Source: an uncultured Acidobacteriota bacterium (GTDB lineage Bacteria; Acidobacteriota; Vicinamibacteria; Fen-336). Taken from it: a stretch of 64,000 nt of DNA. The stretch is taken from positions 793,241-857,240 of the forward strand of contig CAWHRC010000009.1 of assembly GCA_963831755.1 (NCBI GenBank), in the 5' to 3' direction. Shown here piece by piece: positions 1-9,275 of the stretch (the stretch's first letter is position 1; each line of letters opens with the position of its first letter). A program made the position numbers and the translations under genes. Under the pieces are notes generated by a model that saw nothing but the letters and a program-made list of their open reading frames with translations, did not search any database and was not told the origin of the DNA.

Positions 1-129
1 CAGGCACACGCCGTAGCCCACGGCGGCGCGCGCCAGTTCGTCGAGCCGCCGCAGGAAGAGCGGCCAGGCGAGGGCGAGCGTCGCGCAGGCGACGCCGAGC
101 ACGAGGATCGAGTATCTGCCGAGACTCAC
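1..129 (-). CDS. 5' fragment of a small hydrophobic protein (possibly ATP synthase protein I-like); continues beyond the window
   Basis: GTG at 129-127 lies 2 nt after the TAG of the AtpZ-like ORF. It translates to VSLGRYSILVLGVACATLALAWPLFLRRLDELARAAVGYGVCL, one TM helix. Function is guessed only from its position behind an AtpZ-like gene. Confidence 0.3.
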   Translation of the reverse strand, partial: MSLGRYSILVLGVACATLALAWPLFLRRLDELARAAVGYGVCL

Positions 130-131
130 GG

Positions 132-407
132 CTAGCGGCCCGACTGGCCTTTCGTCGAACCCACGGTCTTCACGAAGTAGACGAGCGCCCCCACGATGCC
201 GAGGCTCGCCCCCACGAGCAGGAACAGGGGGCGGGTCCCGAGCCGACCGTCCAGCCAGTACCCCCCACCCAGCCCCGCGAGCACGGTGACCGCGAGGGTC
301 ATCCCGAGCCCGAGAAGAGGCGCCGCCTCCCGCAGGCCGCGTGTCCAGTCCCGTGCGTCTCCATCCTTCGGGGTCTCGGTCTCAGGCGGGGTCGATCGGG
401 GCGGCAA
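132..407 (-). CDS. AtpZ / ATPase_gene1-like small two-TM protein
   Basis: The C-terminal 56 aa of track ORF 132..1250 (MTLAVTVLAGLGGGYWLDGRLGTRPLFLLVGASLGIVGALVYFVKTV) fit the GYWLD..LGT.P two-helix signature of the putative F0F1-ATPase subunit family. The 3' end is firm; the start is uncertain (TTG 407 or ATG 302). The rest of the 372-aa track ORF is antisense to the AI-2E gene. Confidence 0.6.
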   Translation of the reverse strand: MPPRSTPPETETPKDGDARDWTRGLREAAPLLGLGMTLAVTVLAGLGGGYWLDGRLGTRPLFLLVGASLGIVGALVYFVKTVGSTKGQSGR

Positions 408-451
408 CAGCGAAGGAAGGTACCACAGCCACCAGCGGCCGGCAACAGCGC

Positions 452-1582
452 CTAAGAGACTGATTCCGTTTCGGATGAGGCCCCTGCCGTAGCCACGGCC
501 GGCGCCATCTCGGGGGCGCTTGCGGCCCCGGCGCGCAGCACGTCCAGGCGGTAGATCCGGATCGCGGAGAGCACGAGCGAGAGCACGACGGGCCCGATCA
601 GGAAGCCGAACACGCCGAACGCGAGCACGCCGCCGAGGATCGACAGGAAGCCGAGCAGCGGGTGGATGTGCGCCGTGCCCCGCAGCAGCATCGGCTTCAC
701 GACGTTGTCGCTGCCGCTCACGATGACGAGGCAGTAGAGGGCCAGGCCGATCCCGGGGCCGACCTGCCCGCGGGCGAAGAGGTAGCCCACGGCGGGCAGC
801 CACCCCAGCGGCGAGCCGGCGATCGGCACGGTCGCCGCCAGGATCACGGCGGTGCCCCACACGAACGGGGAGGGGATACCGAACAGCATGAAGCCGATGC
901 CGGCGAGCACGCCCTGCACGACGGGCACGACGATCACCGCCTGCAGAGCGCCCTTGATCGTGCTCTCCAGGTGCTCGAAGACGAGGCTCTCCTGCTGCTC
1001 GGAGAACGGCGACACCGGCCGCAGCTCGGCCTTGAGCTGCCCGCCGTCGCGCAGCAGGAAGAACAGCATCAGCAGGAACAGCCCCAGGTCGGCCACCGCG
1101 TGCGTCACGCGGCCGAGGACTCCCTGCAGCAGCCCGCTCGCGCCACCCGCCAGCTGTGCGAGGCCGCCCTCGAGCCCGGGGGAGACCTGCGCCTGCAGCC
1201 AGGCGAACCAGAACCGCAGGCCGGGGTAGCGCTGCGGCAGCTCCTGCCACAGCCGCTGCAAGGCGTCGGGGCCGAGCACGGGGTGCGAGCGCACCCAGTC
1301 GAGGAAGGCGCTCGCCTGCTGGACCAGGACGAACAGCGAGGTGAGCACCGGCACCAGGATGAGCACGGTCGTGGCCAGCACGAGCGTGGCGGCCGCCAGG
1401 GCCGGGTGGCCGCCCAGGGCGGTGGTCAGGCGCTTCTGTGCCGGGGCCAGCAGCAGGGCCACGCAGGCCGCCACCGTGAACGCCAGGACGAAGGGCCGGA
1501 ACACCCAGAAGGCGAGCAGCAGGATCAGACCGAGCGTGATCAGCAGCGGTGTCAGCAGGTCGCGGCGGCGGCGGTCGCCCAC
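452..1582 (-). CDS. AI-2E family transporter (PerM/YhhT-like permease)
   Basis: 376-aa polytopic membrane protein with a GTG start. The C-terminal block IVSGSDNVVKPMLLRGTAHIHPLLGFLSILGG is typical of UPF0118/AI-2E permeases. Confidence 0.8.
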   Translation of the reverse strand: MGDRRRRDLLTPLLITLGLILLLAFWVFRPFVLAFTVAACVALLLAPAQKRLTTALGGHPALAAATLVLATTVLILVPVLTSLFVLVQQASAFLDWVRSHPVLGPDALQRLWQELPQRYPGLRFWFAWLQAQVSPGLEGGLAQLAGGASGLLQGVLGRVTHAVADLGLFLLMLFFLLRDGGQLKAELRPVSPFSEQQESLVFEHLESTIKGALQAVIVVPVVQGVLAGIGFMLFGIPSPFVWGTAVILAATVPIAGSPLGWLPAVGYLFARGQVGPGIGLALYCLVIVSGSDNVVKPMLLRGTAHIHPLLGFLSILGGVLAFGVFGFLIGPVVLSLVLSAIRIYRLDVLRAGAASAPEMAPAVATAGASSETESVS

Positions 1583-1585
1583 GCT

Positions 1586-2029
1586 TCAGCCCCTGCTGAC
1601 GCCGTCGGGCAGCTCGTTGCGGTCGCCGTCGCCCGGCGTGCGCGGGAAGTGGCGCGCCAGCTCGGAGCCGACGGCGGCGATGCCCGCCACGATGCCCTCG
1701 GTGAAGCGTCCCGCGCGGAACTCCGCGGCCATCGCCTCGGCGACGGCCGTCCAGAAGGCCTCCCCGCAGCGCTCGTGGATCGCGACGTCGCCCAGCACGG
1801 CGAAGCGGCGGCTGGCGGGTGCGACGAACAGCAGCACGCCGTTGCGCGCGGCGGTGGCCGTCATGCCGAGCGCCTCGAAGGCCGCGGCGCCCTCGGCCCG
1901 CGCGTCCTCGACCGCGTCCTCCACGACGTGCACGCGGATCTCGCCGCGCGTGCGCGACTCGGCCTCGCGGATCGCGGCGACGATCCGCGCGTCGTCGAGC
2001 GCGTCGACGAAGGGGTCCCTGGCGCTCAT
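1586..2029 (-). CDS. TPM domain protein (TLP18.3/Psb32/MOLO-1 phosphatase-like)
   Basis: ATG at 2029 is preceded by GGTGGA. The sequence EIRVHVVEDA...NGVLLFVAPASRRFAVLGD...FRAGRFTEGIVAGI is the TPM fold pattern. It is the third gene of a LemA-TPM-TPM module. Confidence 0.75.
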   Translation of the reverse strand: MSARDPFVDALDDARIVAAIREAESRTRGEIRVHVVEDAVEDARAEGAAAFEALGMTATAARNGVLLFVAPASRRFAVLGDVAIHERCGEAFWTAVAEAMAAEFRAGRFTEGIVAGIAAVGSELARHFPRTPGDGDRNELPDGVSRG

Positions 2030-2039
2030 CTGTCCACCC

Positions 2040-2807
2040 TCACCAGCTGCTGGAGGCGCCGCCGCCTCCGAACGACCCGCCACCCCCCGAGAAGCCGCCG
2101 CCGCCGAAGCCTCCTCCGGACGACCAGCCGCCGCCACCGCCCCAGCTCCCGCCTCCGCCGCCCCAACCTCCGCCGCGCCAGCCGCGGCTGCCGTAGGTGC
2201 GCCCGACTCCGTGCGAGCCGAGCCGCGACAGCCAGAGGAAGATCAGCAGGAACACGACCAACAGCACGATGGCGAGGCCGGAGGAGCGGGCCGGGCGCTG
2301 TGCGGGCGCTGCTTTGTACTCGCCGCGCGTCGCGGCGATCATGCCGTCGATGCCCGCCTCCAGCCCGCCGGCCCAGTCCCCGGCACGGAAGCGGGGGCGC
2401 ACCTGCTCGTCCAGGATGCGGCCGGCCAGCTGGTCCGGCAGCGCGCCTTCGAGCCCGTAGCCCGTCTCGATGCGCAGCTTGCGCTCGGCGACGAAGACGA
2501 ACAGGATTGCCCCGTTGTCGTGCTGCTTGCCGCCCACGTGCCACGACTGCGCGGTGCGGACGGTGAAGTCCTCGAGCGAGGGCGACGGCAGCCGGGGAAA
2601 GACCGCGACCACGAGCTGGGTCGAGGTCTGGCGCTCGAACTCCGCCAGCTTCGCGTCGAGACGCTGCGCGTCGGCGGGCGAGACGAGCCCCGCGTAGTCG
2701 TTGAAGTGCGCGCTGGGAGGCGGGGGCAGCGGCTCCTCCGCGCGCACGAGCCCCGCCGGCCCCGCGAGCAGGGCGCAGGCGAAGAGCGCGCGGATCGCGG
2801 CGCGCAC
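2040..2807 (-). CDS. TPM domain protein, YgcG-like, with signal peptide, TM anchor and Gly-rich tail
   Basis: GTG at 2807 gives the signal-like VRAAIRALFACALLAGPAGLVRA. This is followed by HFNDYAGLVSPADAQRLDAKLAEFERQTSTQLVVAV...NGAILFVFVAERKLRIETGYGLEG, a TM segment, and a GGGWGGGGGSWGGGGGW...SSSW tail. The track ORF 2040..3749 is over-extended through lemA in another frame context. Confidence 0.75.
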   Translation of the reverse strand: MRAAIRALFACALLAGPAGLVRAEEPLPPPPSAHFNDYAGLVSPADAQRLDAKLAEFERQTSTQLVVAVFPRLPSPSLEDFTVRTAQSWHVGGKQHDNGAILFVFVAERKLRIETGYGLEGALPDQLAGRILDEQVRPRFRAGDWAGGLEAGIDGMIAATRGEYKAAPAQRPARSSGLAIVLLVVFLLIFLWLSRLGSHGVGRTYGSRGWRGGGWGGGGGSWGGGGGWSSGGGFGGGGFSGGGGSFGGGGASSSW

Positions 2808-2818
2808 GGCGGCGCGGG

Positions 2819-3445
2819 CTAGCGCCGCTCGGCCGGCGCGGGCGTGCCGCCGAAGTTGAAGTTGACCGACGGCGCCTGCGCCGAGCCGGCCGCCGCCTTG
2901 AAGTACGCCTTCTCCCTCATGCCCAGGAGGTTGGCGAACAGCACGGTCGGGAAGCGCAGCCGCGTGGTGTTGTACTCCTGCGCCCGCTCGTTGTAGCGGC
3001 CACGCTCGACCGAGACACGGTTCTCGGTGCCCTCGAGCGCCACCTGCAGGTCGCGGAAGTTCTGGTTCGCCTTCAGCTCGGGGTAGCGCTCGACGACCAC
3101 CAGCAGCCGCGACAGCGCGCTCGACAGCGCGTCCTGCGCCTGCTGGAAGCGAGCCATGCCCTCGGGGTTGTCGGGCAGCTTCGAGGGGTCGATCGAGCCC
3201 ACGCTGGCGCGGGCCTGCACGACCGCCTCGAGCGTCGACTTCTCGAAGTTGGCGGCGCCCTGCACGGTGTTGACGAGGTTCGGGATCAGGTCCGCGCGCC
3301 GCTGGTACTGGTTCTCCACCTGCGCCCACTGCGCGTCGACGGCCTGGCCCAGGCCGACCAGGCTGTTGTAGGAGCCGAGCGCGATCCCGCCCAGCACCAG
3401 CACGACCAGGACCACCGCGCCGAGGCAACCCAGCCACTTCATCAT
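2819..3445 (-). CDS. lemA: LemA family protein
   Basis: 208 aa with an N-terminal TM helix and YNSLVGLGQAVDAQWAQVENQYQRRADLIPNLV...ERYPELKANQNFRDLQ, the classic LemA signature. Confidence 0.9.
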   Translation of the reverse strand: MMKWLGCLGAVVLVVLVLGGIALGSYNSLVGLGQAVDAQWAQVENQYQRRADLIPNLVNTVQGAANFEKSTLEAVVQARASVGSIDPSKLPDNPEGMARFQQAQDALSSALSRLLVVVERYPELKANQNFRDLQVALEGTENRVSVERGRYNERAQEYNTTRLRFPTVLFANLLGMREKAYFKAAAGSAQAPSVNFNFGGTPAPAERR

Positions 3446-3549
3446 GATGCCGCTCCTCCCCGTGATCCGCCGCCCATCGTCCGGACGAGCCTACCCTACC
3501 GAATCGCCGCGCGGGACGCAAAGGCGGCGGCCAGCGGCCGGCAGCCTGG

Positions 3550-4749
3550 TCAGTCGACGACGGCGAGCTGGAACGGGTGTGCGTACAGGAAGACGCCGCT
3601 CGCCGCGTGCGCCGCGAGCAGCGCCCAGCAAGCGGCTCGTGCCGCGCGCCGCATGCCCGAGAGCGGCCGCGGCGCCAGCAGCTCGCAGGCGGACACCAGG
3701 AACAGCAGGTAGACCGCCGGCACGACGCCCCAGTAGTAGTTCGCGTCACCCAGCCTCGGCTCGGGCTCGGCCAACAGCGCGAACTGCGCGACGGCCACGG
3801 CGGTCAGGATCCAGGCGGCGGCGAGCGGCCGGCGCTGCCGCGCGTCGCGCGCGGCGAAGGCCGCGACGGCGAGCGGGAAGGCCAGCGACACCAGCGTCGA
3901 GACGAGCGGGTGCGGCGAGTAGAGCCGCCACACCTCGAGCGGCTGCAGGCTCACCACGCTCTCCCCGTGCGCCTCCAGCCCCAACCTGAGCGCGTGCTCG
4001 TACTGCCAGCCCAGGACGGCCACGGCCGGCACGGCCAGGCAGGCGAGCCCGGCCAGCCTGCGCCCGAATGGGCGCTTGCACCGGAAGGGGTGCTTGCACC
4101 CGGACAGGCGCGCGGGGAGGAGCCGCAGCAGCGCCGCGGTCGGCAGGAAGGCGAGCGCGAAGTTCGGCTTGGCCGTCACGGAGGCGGCGAGCAGCGCGCC
4201 ACAGCCGAGGTCGGCGCGCCAGCCGGCACGGTCGGCCTTGACGAAAGCCCAGAACACCGCCACGGCCAGCGGCAGGACGGCGATCACCGTCGGGTTGTGC
4301 CACGCCGTCGGAGACAGCTGGCCCAGGTAGACGTTCTCCGTGCGCCACCACTTCGGCAGCGGGGCGACGAAGAAGAAGGCGACAGCGAGCGCGAGCGCGG
4401 CCGCGGGCCCGAGCGGAGCGCCCGCGCGGGCCGTCAGGCCGCGCGCCAGGCCGAGGGAAAGCGCGAGCTTCGCGAGCACCAGCAGCGAGAGCACCATACG
4501 CGCCGCGAAGAGCAGCTGCCCCAGGTCCGTCGAGAAGCCCGCGGCGGCAGCCACCAGCACGTGGTAGCCGAAGTGGGGCAGCAGCAGGCCGTGCGCGACG
4601 AGCTGCTGTGCGAAGCGCGCGTGCAGCCCGTGGTCGAGGTCCGGGCGCTCGAGGTAGCGGCCGAACAGGGCGAAGGCGAGCCCGAGCAGCACGAGTGCGA
4701 CGCCGCCGAACGCGAGCGGCCAGGCCGCACGACGCAGGCGGTGCGTCAC
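3550..4749 (-). CDS. polytopic integral membrane protein of unknown function
   Basis: 399 aa with about 10 hydrophobic segments and no motif I can name. It starts 28 nt after the nuoM stop on the same strand. Confidence 0.55.
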   Translation of the reverse strand: MTHRLRRAAWPLAFGGVALVLLGLAFALFGRYLERPDLDHGLHARFAQQLVAHGLLLPHFGYHVLVAAAAGFSTDLGQLLFAARMVLSLLVLAKLALSLGLARGLTARAGAPLGPAAALALAVAFFFVAPLPKWWRTENVYLGQLSPTAWHNPTVIAVLPLAVAVFWAFVKADRAGWRADLGCGALLAASVTAKPNFALAFLPTAALLRLLPARLSGCKHPFRCKRPFGRRLAGLACLAVPAVAVLGWQYEHALRLGLEAHGESVVSLQPLEVWRLYSPHPLVSTLVSLAFPLAVAAFAARDARQRRPLAAAWILTAVAVAQFALLAEPEPRLGDANYYWGVVPAVYLLFLVSACELLAPRPLSGMRRAARAACWALLAAHAASGVFLYAHPFQLAVVD

Positions 4750-4776
4750 GGCGGGCGCGTGAGCCTCCGGCCCGGC

Positions 4777-6390
4777 CTAGCGGCCCTGGGCGGAGGCAGC
4801 GGGCGCGACCGCCGCCTGGCCGGCCGGCGACGGTACGGCCGGCAGGCTCGACGCGTGGGCCGTGTGCGCCTCGCCGAACTTCGCCGGCTGCACGAGCGCC
4901 GCCACGCGGGCGGCCGGGCCGTGCAGGAAATCCAGGAAGGGCTTGGGGTAGACGCCGATCCAGAAGCAGAGCACGACCAGCGGCACGAGGGTCGCGAGCT
5001 CGCGGGCGTCGAGGTCGAGCAGCCCCTTGTTCTCCTCGTGCGTCACCTGGCCCCAGAACACGCGCTGGTAGAGCCAGAGCAGGTAGGCCGCGCCGAGGAC
5101 GACGCCGCTCACAGCCCAGTAGGCCCAGGTGCGGTTGGCCGCGAAGGCGCCCTGCAGGATCATGAACTCGCCGACGAAGCCGTTGAGCAGCGGCAGGCCC
5201 ATCGACGCCAGGAACAAGATCAGCGTCAAGGTGGCGTAGATCGGCATCACGTGCGCCAGCCCGCCGAACTGCGCGATCTCCTTCGTGTGCCGGCGCTCGT
5301 AGACGAGGCCGACGATCAGGAACAGCCCGCCGGTCGACAGACCGTGGTTGACCATCTGCAGGACGCTGCCCTCGAGCCCGAGCGGGTTGAGCGCGAACAT
5401 GCCGAGCATCACGAAGCCGAGGTGGCTGACCGAGGAGTAGGCGATCAGCTTCTTCATGTCCTTCTGCACCAGCGTCACCAGCGCCGCGTAGACGATGCCG
5501 ATGATCGAGAGCGTGACCATCCAGGGCACCGCCTCGAGGGTCGCCTGCGGGAACAGAGGCAGCGAGAAGCGGATGAAGCCGTAGGTCCCCATCTTCAGCA
5601 GCACGCCGGCCAGGATCACGGAGCCCGCGGTCGGGGCCTCGACGTGGGCGTCGGGCAGCCAGGTGTGGAACGGGAACATCGGCACCTTGATCGCGAAGCC
5701 CAGGAAGAAGGCGAGGAAGCACCAGAACTGCAGGTCGGCCGGGATCCCCATCTCCAGCCAGCGCGTGTAGTCGAAGCTGCCCGTCGCCTCCAGCCCCGGC
5801 AGCCTGCGCGACTGGAAGTAGAGGGCCAGGATGCCGAGCAGCATCACCACCGAGCCGGCCAGCGTGTAGAGGAAGAACTTGATCGCCGCGTACAGCCGCC
5901 GCGCGCCGCCCCAGATCCCGATCAGGAAGTACATCGGGACCAGCATCACCTCCCAGAACACGTAGAACAGGAACATGTCGAGCGAGCAGAAGGTCCCGAT
6001 CATGCCGGCCTGCAGCAGCAGCAGGAACACGTAGTAGGGCCGCACGCGGTCCTGGATCGCGGTCCAGGACGAGAGGATCGCGATCGCGCCGAGCAGCGTC
6101 GTGAGCAGGATCAGCAGCACGCTGATGCCGTCGACGCCGAAGAAGTAGGAGACGCCGATCGAGGGGATCCAGTCGGCCTTCTCCACGAACTGGAAGCCCG
6201 GCGCGCCGCGGTCGAACCAGAACCACAGCGGCAGGCTGACCAGGAAGCCGACGAGGCCGAAGCCGTTCGCCACCCAGCGCACGGCGTTCTCGTTGCGCTT
6301 GCCGCCGAAGGGCGGCAGCAGCAACACGAGCGCGCCGACGAGCGGCGTGTAGGTGACGAAGGAGAGGAGATGCTCCCGGAAGAAGTCCAT
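4777..6390 (-). CDS. nuoM: NADH-quinone oxidoreductase subunit M (Proton_antipo_M family)
   Basis: 537 aa. FVTYTPLVGALVLL, WEVMLVPMYFLIGIWGG, PMFPFHTWLPDAHVEAPTAGSVILAGVLLKMGTYG and KKLIAYSSVSHLGF are canonical NuoM/ND4 blocks. Confidence 0.9.
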   Translation of the reverse strand: MDFFREHLLSFVTYTPLVGALVLLLPPFGGKRNENAVRWVANGFGLVGFLVSLPLWFWFDRGAPGFQFVEKADWIPSIGVSYFFGVDGISVLLILLTTLLGAIAILSSWTAIQDRVRPYYVFLLLLQAGMIGTFCSLDMFLFYVFWEVMLVPMYFLIGIWGGARRLYAAIKFFLYTLAGSVVMLLGILALYFQSRRLPGLEATGSFDYTRWLEMGIPADLQFWCFLAFFLGFAIKVPMFPFHTWLPDAHVEAPTAGSVILAGVLLKMGTYGFIRFSLPLFPQATLEAVPWMVTLSIIGIVYAALVTLVQKDMKKLIAYSSVSHLGFVMLGMFALNPLGLEGSVLQMVNHGLSTGGLFLIVGLVYERRHTKEIAQFGGLAHVMPIYATLTLILFLASMGLPLLNGFVGEFMILQGAFAANRTWAYWAVSGVVLGAAYLLWLYQRVFWGQVTHEENKGLLDLDARELATLVPLVVLCFWIGVYPKPFLDFLHGPAARVAALVQPAKFGEAHTAHASSLPAVPSPAGQAAVAPAASAQGR

Positions 6391-6402
6391 CGAAGAAGCC
6401 CC

Positions 6403-8568
6403 TTAGTAGAGTCCGAGCACGAAGCGGCCGGCCGCGATCAGCAGGAACAGGCCGATCAGCATGCCGAGCGCGTAGTGCTGCACGAGGCCGTCCTGGACGG
6501 CCCGGAAGGCGTAGCTCGTGTTGTCGAGGACGAAGGCCATGAGGTTGACGGCGCCGTCGACCACCCAGTGGTCCCACAGGTCGGAGGCGCGGGCGACCAG
6601 GTCGCGCACCGCCCAGGCGACCCCGTTGACGCCGGACGCCGGGCGCACCTCGCCGTCGCCGCCGTCGACCACGTAGCGGTCGCTCGCGTGCAGCACGCGG
6701 CCGCCGCCCAGCGCGAGCCCGCGCACGAAGACGGCCTCGTACAGCTCGTCGACCCGGTACTTCTCGAGCAGCAGCCGATAGGCGCCCGGCATGGCCGCCG
6801 CCAGCCGGTTCGGGATCTCGAAGGCACCCCGGTAGAAGCGCCACGCCACCGCGATGCCGGCGGCGGCGATCAGCACCGACAGGCCCATCAGCCCCAGCTC
6901 GACGCCGTGGCCGGGAACCGGCAGCGGGAAGACCTCGGCGAGCGCGTGGTGCGCGTGCTCCATGGCCGGTTCGAGCCAGCCCTCGATGATGTTGGGCACG
7001 CCGAAGAGCTGGCCGATCACCAGCGGCACGCCCAGCAAGCCGGCCAGGATCGAGCCGAGCGCCAGGATCTGCAGCGGGACGACCATCGTCTTCGGCGACT
7101 CGTGCAGGTGCTGCGCCTGCTCCGGCGTCCCGCGGAAGCTCCCGCTGAAGGTCATGCGGTAGAGACGGAACATGTAGAAGGCGGTCAGCGCCGCGGCCGC
7201 GGCGCCGACGCCCCACACCCAGCGGCCGTAGCCGCCGACCCGGAACGCCGACCACAGGATCTCGTCCTTCGAGAAAAAGCCGGCGAGCGGCGGGATGCCG
7301 GCGATCGCGACGCAGCCCACGAGCATCGTCGCGTGCGTCCAGGGCAGCTTCCGGCGCAGGCCGCCCATGCTGCGCATGTCCTGCTCGCCCGACATCGCGT
7401 GGATCACCGAGCCCGCGCCGAGGAACAGCAGCGCCTTGAAGAAGGCGTGGGTGGCCAGGTGGAAGATGCCGGCGCCGAAGGCGCCGACGCCGCAGGCGAG
7501 GAACATGTAGCCGAGCTGGCTCACGGTCGAGTACGCCAGCACGCGCTTGATGTCGTTCTGCACGAGGCCGATCGAGGCGGCGAAGATCGCCGTCGCCGCG
7601 CCGACGACGGCGACGGTCAGCATGGCGTTCGGGGCGTGGGCGTAGATCGGCGCCGAGCGGGCGACCATGTAGACGCCCGCGGTCACCATCGTGGCCGCGT
7701 GGATCAGCGCCGAGACGGGCGTCGGCCCTTCCATGGCGTCGGGCAGCCAGACGTAGAGCGGGATCTGCGCGCTCTTGCCGGTCGCGCCCACGAACAGGAA
7801 GAGCGCGATCAGCGTGAGCGTGCCGCCCCAGGCCGCCTCCACCGGCATCTCGGCCGCCGCCGCCATCACCGCGCGCAGGTCGAGCGTGCCGAAGGTCGTG
7901 AACACGAGGAAGACGCCGAGCAGGAAGCCCGCGTCGCCGATCCGGTTGACGATGAACGCCTTCTTGCCCGCGTCCGAGGCGCTCTGCTTGTGGAACCAGA
8001 ACCCGATCAGCAGGTAGGAGCAGAGCCCGACACCCTCCCAGCCCACGAACAGCACCGCGAAGTTCGCGCCCAGCACCAGCGTGAGCATCGCGAACATGAA
8101 CAGGTTCAGGTAGGACATGTAGCGGGCGTAGCCCGGGTCGTGCCCCATGTAGCCGATCGAGTAGACGTGGATCAGGAAGCCGACCAGGGTGACGACCAGG
8201 ACCATCACCGACGAGAGCGGGTCGAGCAGGTAGCTCCAGTCGACCTGGAACGCCGTCGCGCCGGCGACGCCGTGGACCGCCGTCTCCGCGGCCCCGCCGG
8301 GGAGCCAGGTCCAGAGCGTCTCGACGATCGTGTGCTCGGGCGCGCCGTGGGCGACCACGACCGCCCAGGCGGCGACGAGGAACGAGAGAAAGACGGTGCC
8401 CGCCCCGACGAGGCCGATGACCGCGGAGGGGGCGTGCAGCGCCCCCCCGCCGTGGTCGTCGTGACCCTGTCCCCCGCCCCGACGACCGAGGACACGGACC
8501 CCGATCGTGAGGTTGAAGAGGAACCCGAGGAGCGGGAAGAGAGGAATCAGGAAGAGAAATGGGCGCAT
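6403..8568 (-). CDS. nuoL: NADH-quinone oxidoreductase subunit L
   Basis: 721 aa. GWEGVGLCSYLLIGFW, KSAQIPLYVWLPDAMEGPTPVSALIHAATMVTAGVY and KRVLAYSTVSQLGYMF are present, along with a long C-terminal lateral-helix region. A Gly/His-rich insert (RRGGGQGHDDHGGGALH) follows TM1. Confidence 0.9.
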   Translation of the reverse strand: MRPFLFLIPLFPLLGFLFNLTIGVRVLGRRGGGQGHDDHGGGALHAPSAVIGLVGAGTVFLSFLVAAWAVVVAHGAPEHTIVETLWTWLPGGAAETAVHGVAGATAFQVDWSYLLDPLSSVMVLVVTLVGFLIHVYSIGYMGHDPGYARYMSYLNLFMFAMLTLVLGANFAVLFVGWEGVGLCSYLLIGFWFHKQSASDAGKKAFIVNRIGDAGFLLGVFLVFTTFGTLDLRAVMAAAAEMPVEAAWGGTLTLIALFLFVGATGKSAQIPLYVWLPDAMEGPTPVSALIHAATMVTAGVYMVARSAPIYAHAPNAMLTVAVVGAATAIFAASIGLVQNDIKRVLAYSTVSQLGYMFLACGVGAFGAGIFHLATHAFFKALLFLGAGSVIHAMSGEQDMRSMGGLRRKLPWTHATMLVGCVAIAGIPPLAGFFSKDEILWSAFRVGGYGRWVWGVGAAAAALTAFYMFRLYRMTFSGSFRGTPEQAQHLHESPKTMVVPLQILALGSILAGLLGVPLVIGQLFGVPNIIEGWLEPAMEHAHHALAEVFPLPVPGHGVELGLMGLSVLIAAAGIAVAWRFYRGAFEIPNRLAAAMPGAYRLLLEKYRVDELYEAVFVRGLALGGGRVLHASDRYVVDGGDGEVRPASGVNGVAWAVRDLVARASDLWDHWVVDGAVNLMAFVLDNTSYAFRAVQDGLVQHYALGMLIGLFLLIAAGRFVLGLY

Positions 8569-8679
8569 GTCACCCCACCAAGCTGTCGGGCCGGGCGGAT
8601 CATAGGAGATGCACCCGAAAGGTGCAAGTCGAGCAATGCCATCCGGTTGAGGGTGTCGGAGTCCGGCAAGAGCCGCGGC

Positions 8680-9201
8680 TCAGGAGTGGGCGGTGCGGCC
8701 GGCCAGCAGGTCGAGCGCGTGGGGCAGCAGAGGCAGCAGGGCCCGCAGGCCGCTGCGGACGCCCTTCGGGCTGCCGGGGAGGTTGACGATCAGGCACGTC
8801 CCGAGCGTCCCGGCCCGGCCCCGCGCGAGCGCCGCGTGGGGCGTCTCCTCGATCCCCGAGCGGCGCAGGTGCTCGGCGATCCCCGGCGCCTCGCGCTCGA
8901 CCACGTCCAGCGTGGCCTCGGGTGTCACGTCGCGCGGCGCGAGCCCCGTCCCGCCGGTGGTGACGACCAGGGCCGCAGACGCGGCGGCAGCGCGCAGCGC
9001 CGCCGCGATGGCCGCCCGCTCGTCGGGAACGACGGACGGCCCGGTGACCGAGAACCCGGCCTCGCGCAGCAGCTGGCAGGCCTCGGCTCCCGACAGGTCC
9101 TCGCGTGCGCCGCGGGCGCAGGAGTCGCTCACGGTGATGACTGCCGCGAAGGGTTGTCGCTCGCTCAAGGGAAGGGCAGGCCTCCCGCGTTTGACCCCCA
9201 C
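8680..9201 (-). CDS. mog: molybdenum cofactor biosynthesis protein, MogA/MoaB family
   Basis: 173 aa. [19 protein letters not shown]...[20 protein letters not shown]...[11 protein letters not shown] is the MoCF_biosynth (MogA/MoaB) pattern. Confidence 0.85.
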   Translation of the reverse strand: MGVKRGRPALPLSERQPFAAVITVSDSCARGAREDLSGAEACQLLREAGFSVTGPSVVPDERAAIAAALRAAAASAALVVTTGGTGLAPRDVTPEATLDVVEREAPGIAEHLRRSGIEETPHAALARGRAGTLGTCLIVNLPGSPKGVRSGLRALLPLLPHALDLLAGRTAHS

Positions 9202-9275
9202 GGAGGCCGGAACCTATAGTGGAGAATAGAGGTTCGGCGGGGGCCCCGCAAACAGCCGCACACGAGGGAGATCGA

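Noticed and set aside
1-407. Possible start of an N-ATPase (atpQ/atpR) or F-type atp operon at the window edge.
   Set aside because: Only an AtpZ-like two-helix protein and 43 codons of a second hydrophobic ORF are visible. There is no atpB/E/F in the window and an unrelated AI-2E permease lies upstream, so operon type cannot be decided.
4074-4104. Short tandem duplication GCTTGCACC(C)GGA x2, encoding CKHPFR/CKRPFG in the unknown membrane protein.
   Set aside because: It is a two-copy micro-duplication inside a cytoplasmic loop, with no further periodicity or functional implication that I can support.
3550-4749. Possible NuoN completing a nuoLMN set.
   Set aside because: At 399 aa it lacks the Proton_antipo_M blocks that are obvious in the neighbouring NuoL and NuoM. 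It is kept as an unknown membrane protein.
3577-9219. Giant 1880-aa plus-strand ORF, and the 1169-aa ORF 3746..7255 on the minus strand in another frame.
   Set aside because: These are Arg/Glu/His/Asp/Gly-rich nonsense with no motifs. They lie antisense or out of frame to textbook nuoL and nuoM. Stop-codon depletion in >70 % GC DNA produces such shadow ORFs.
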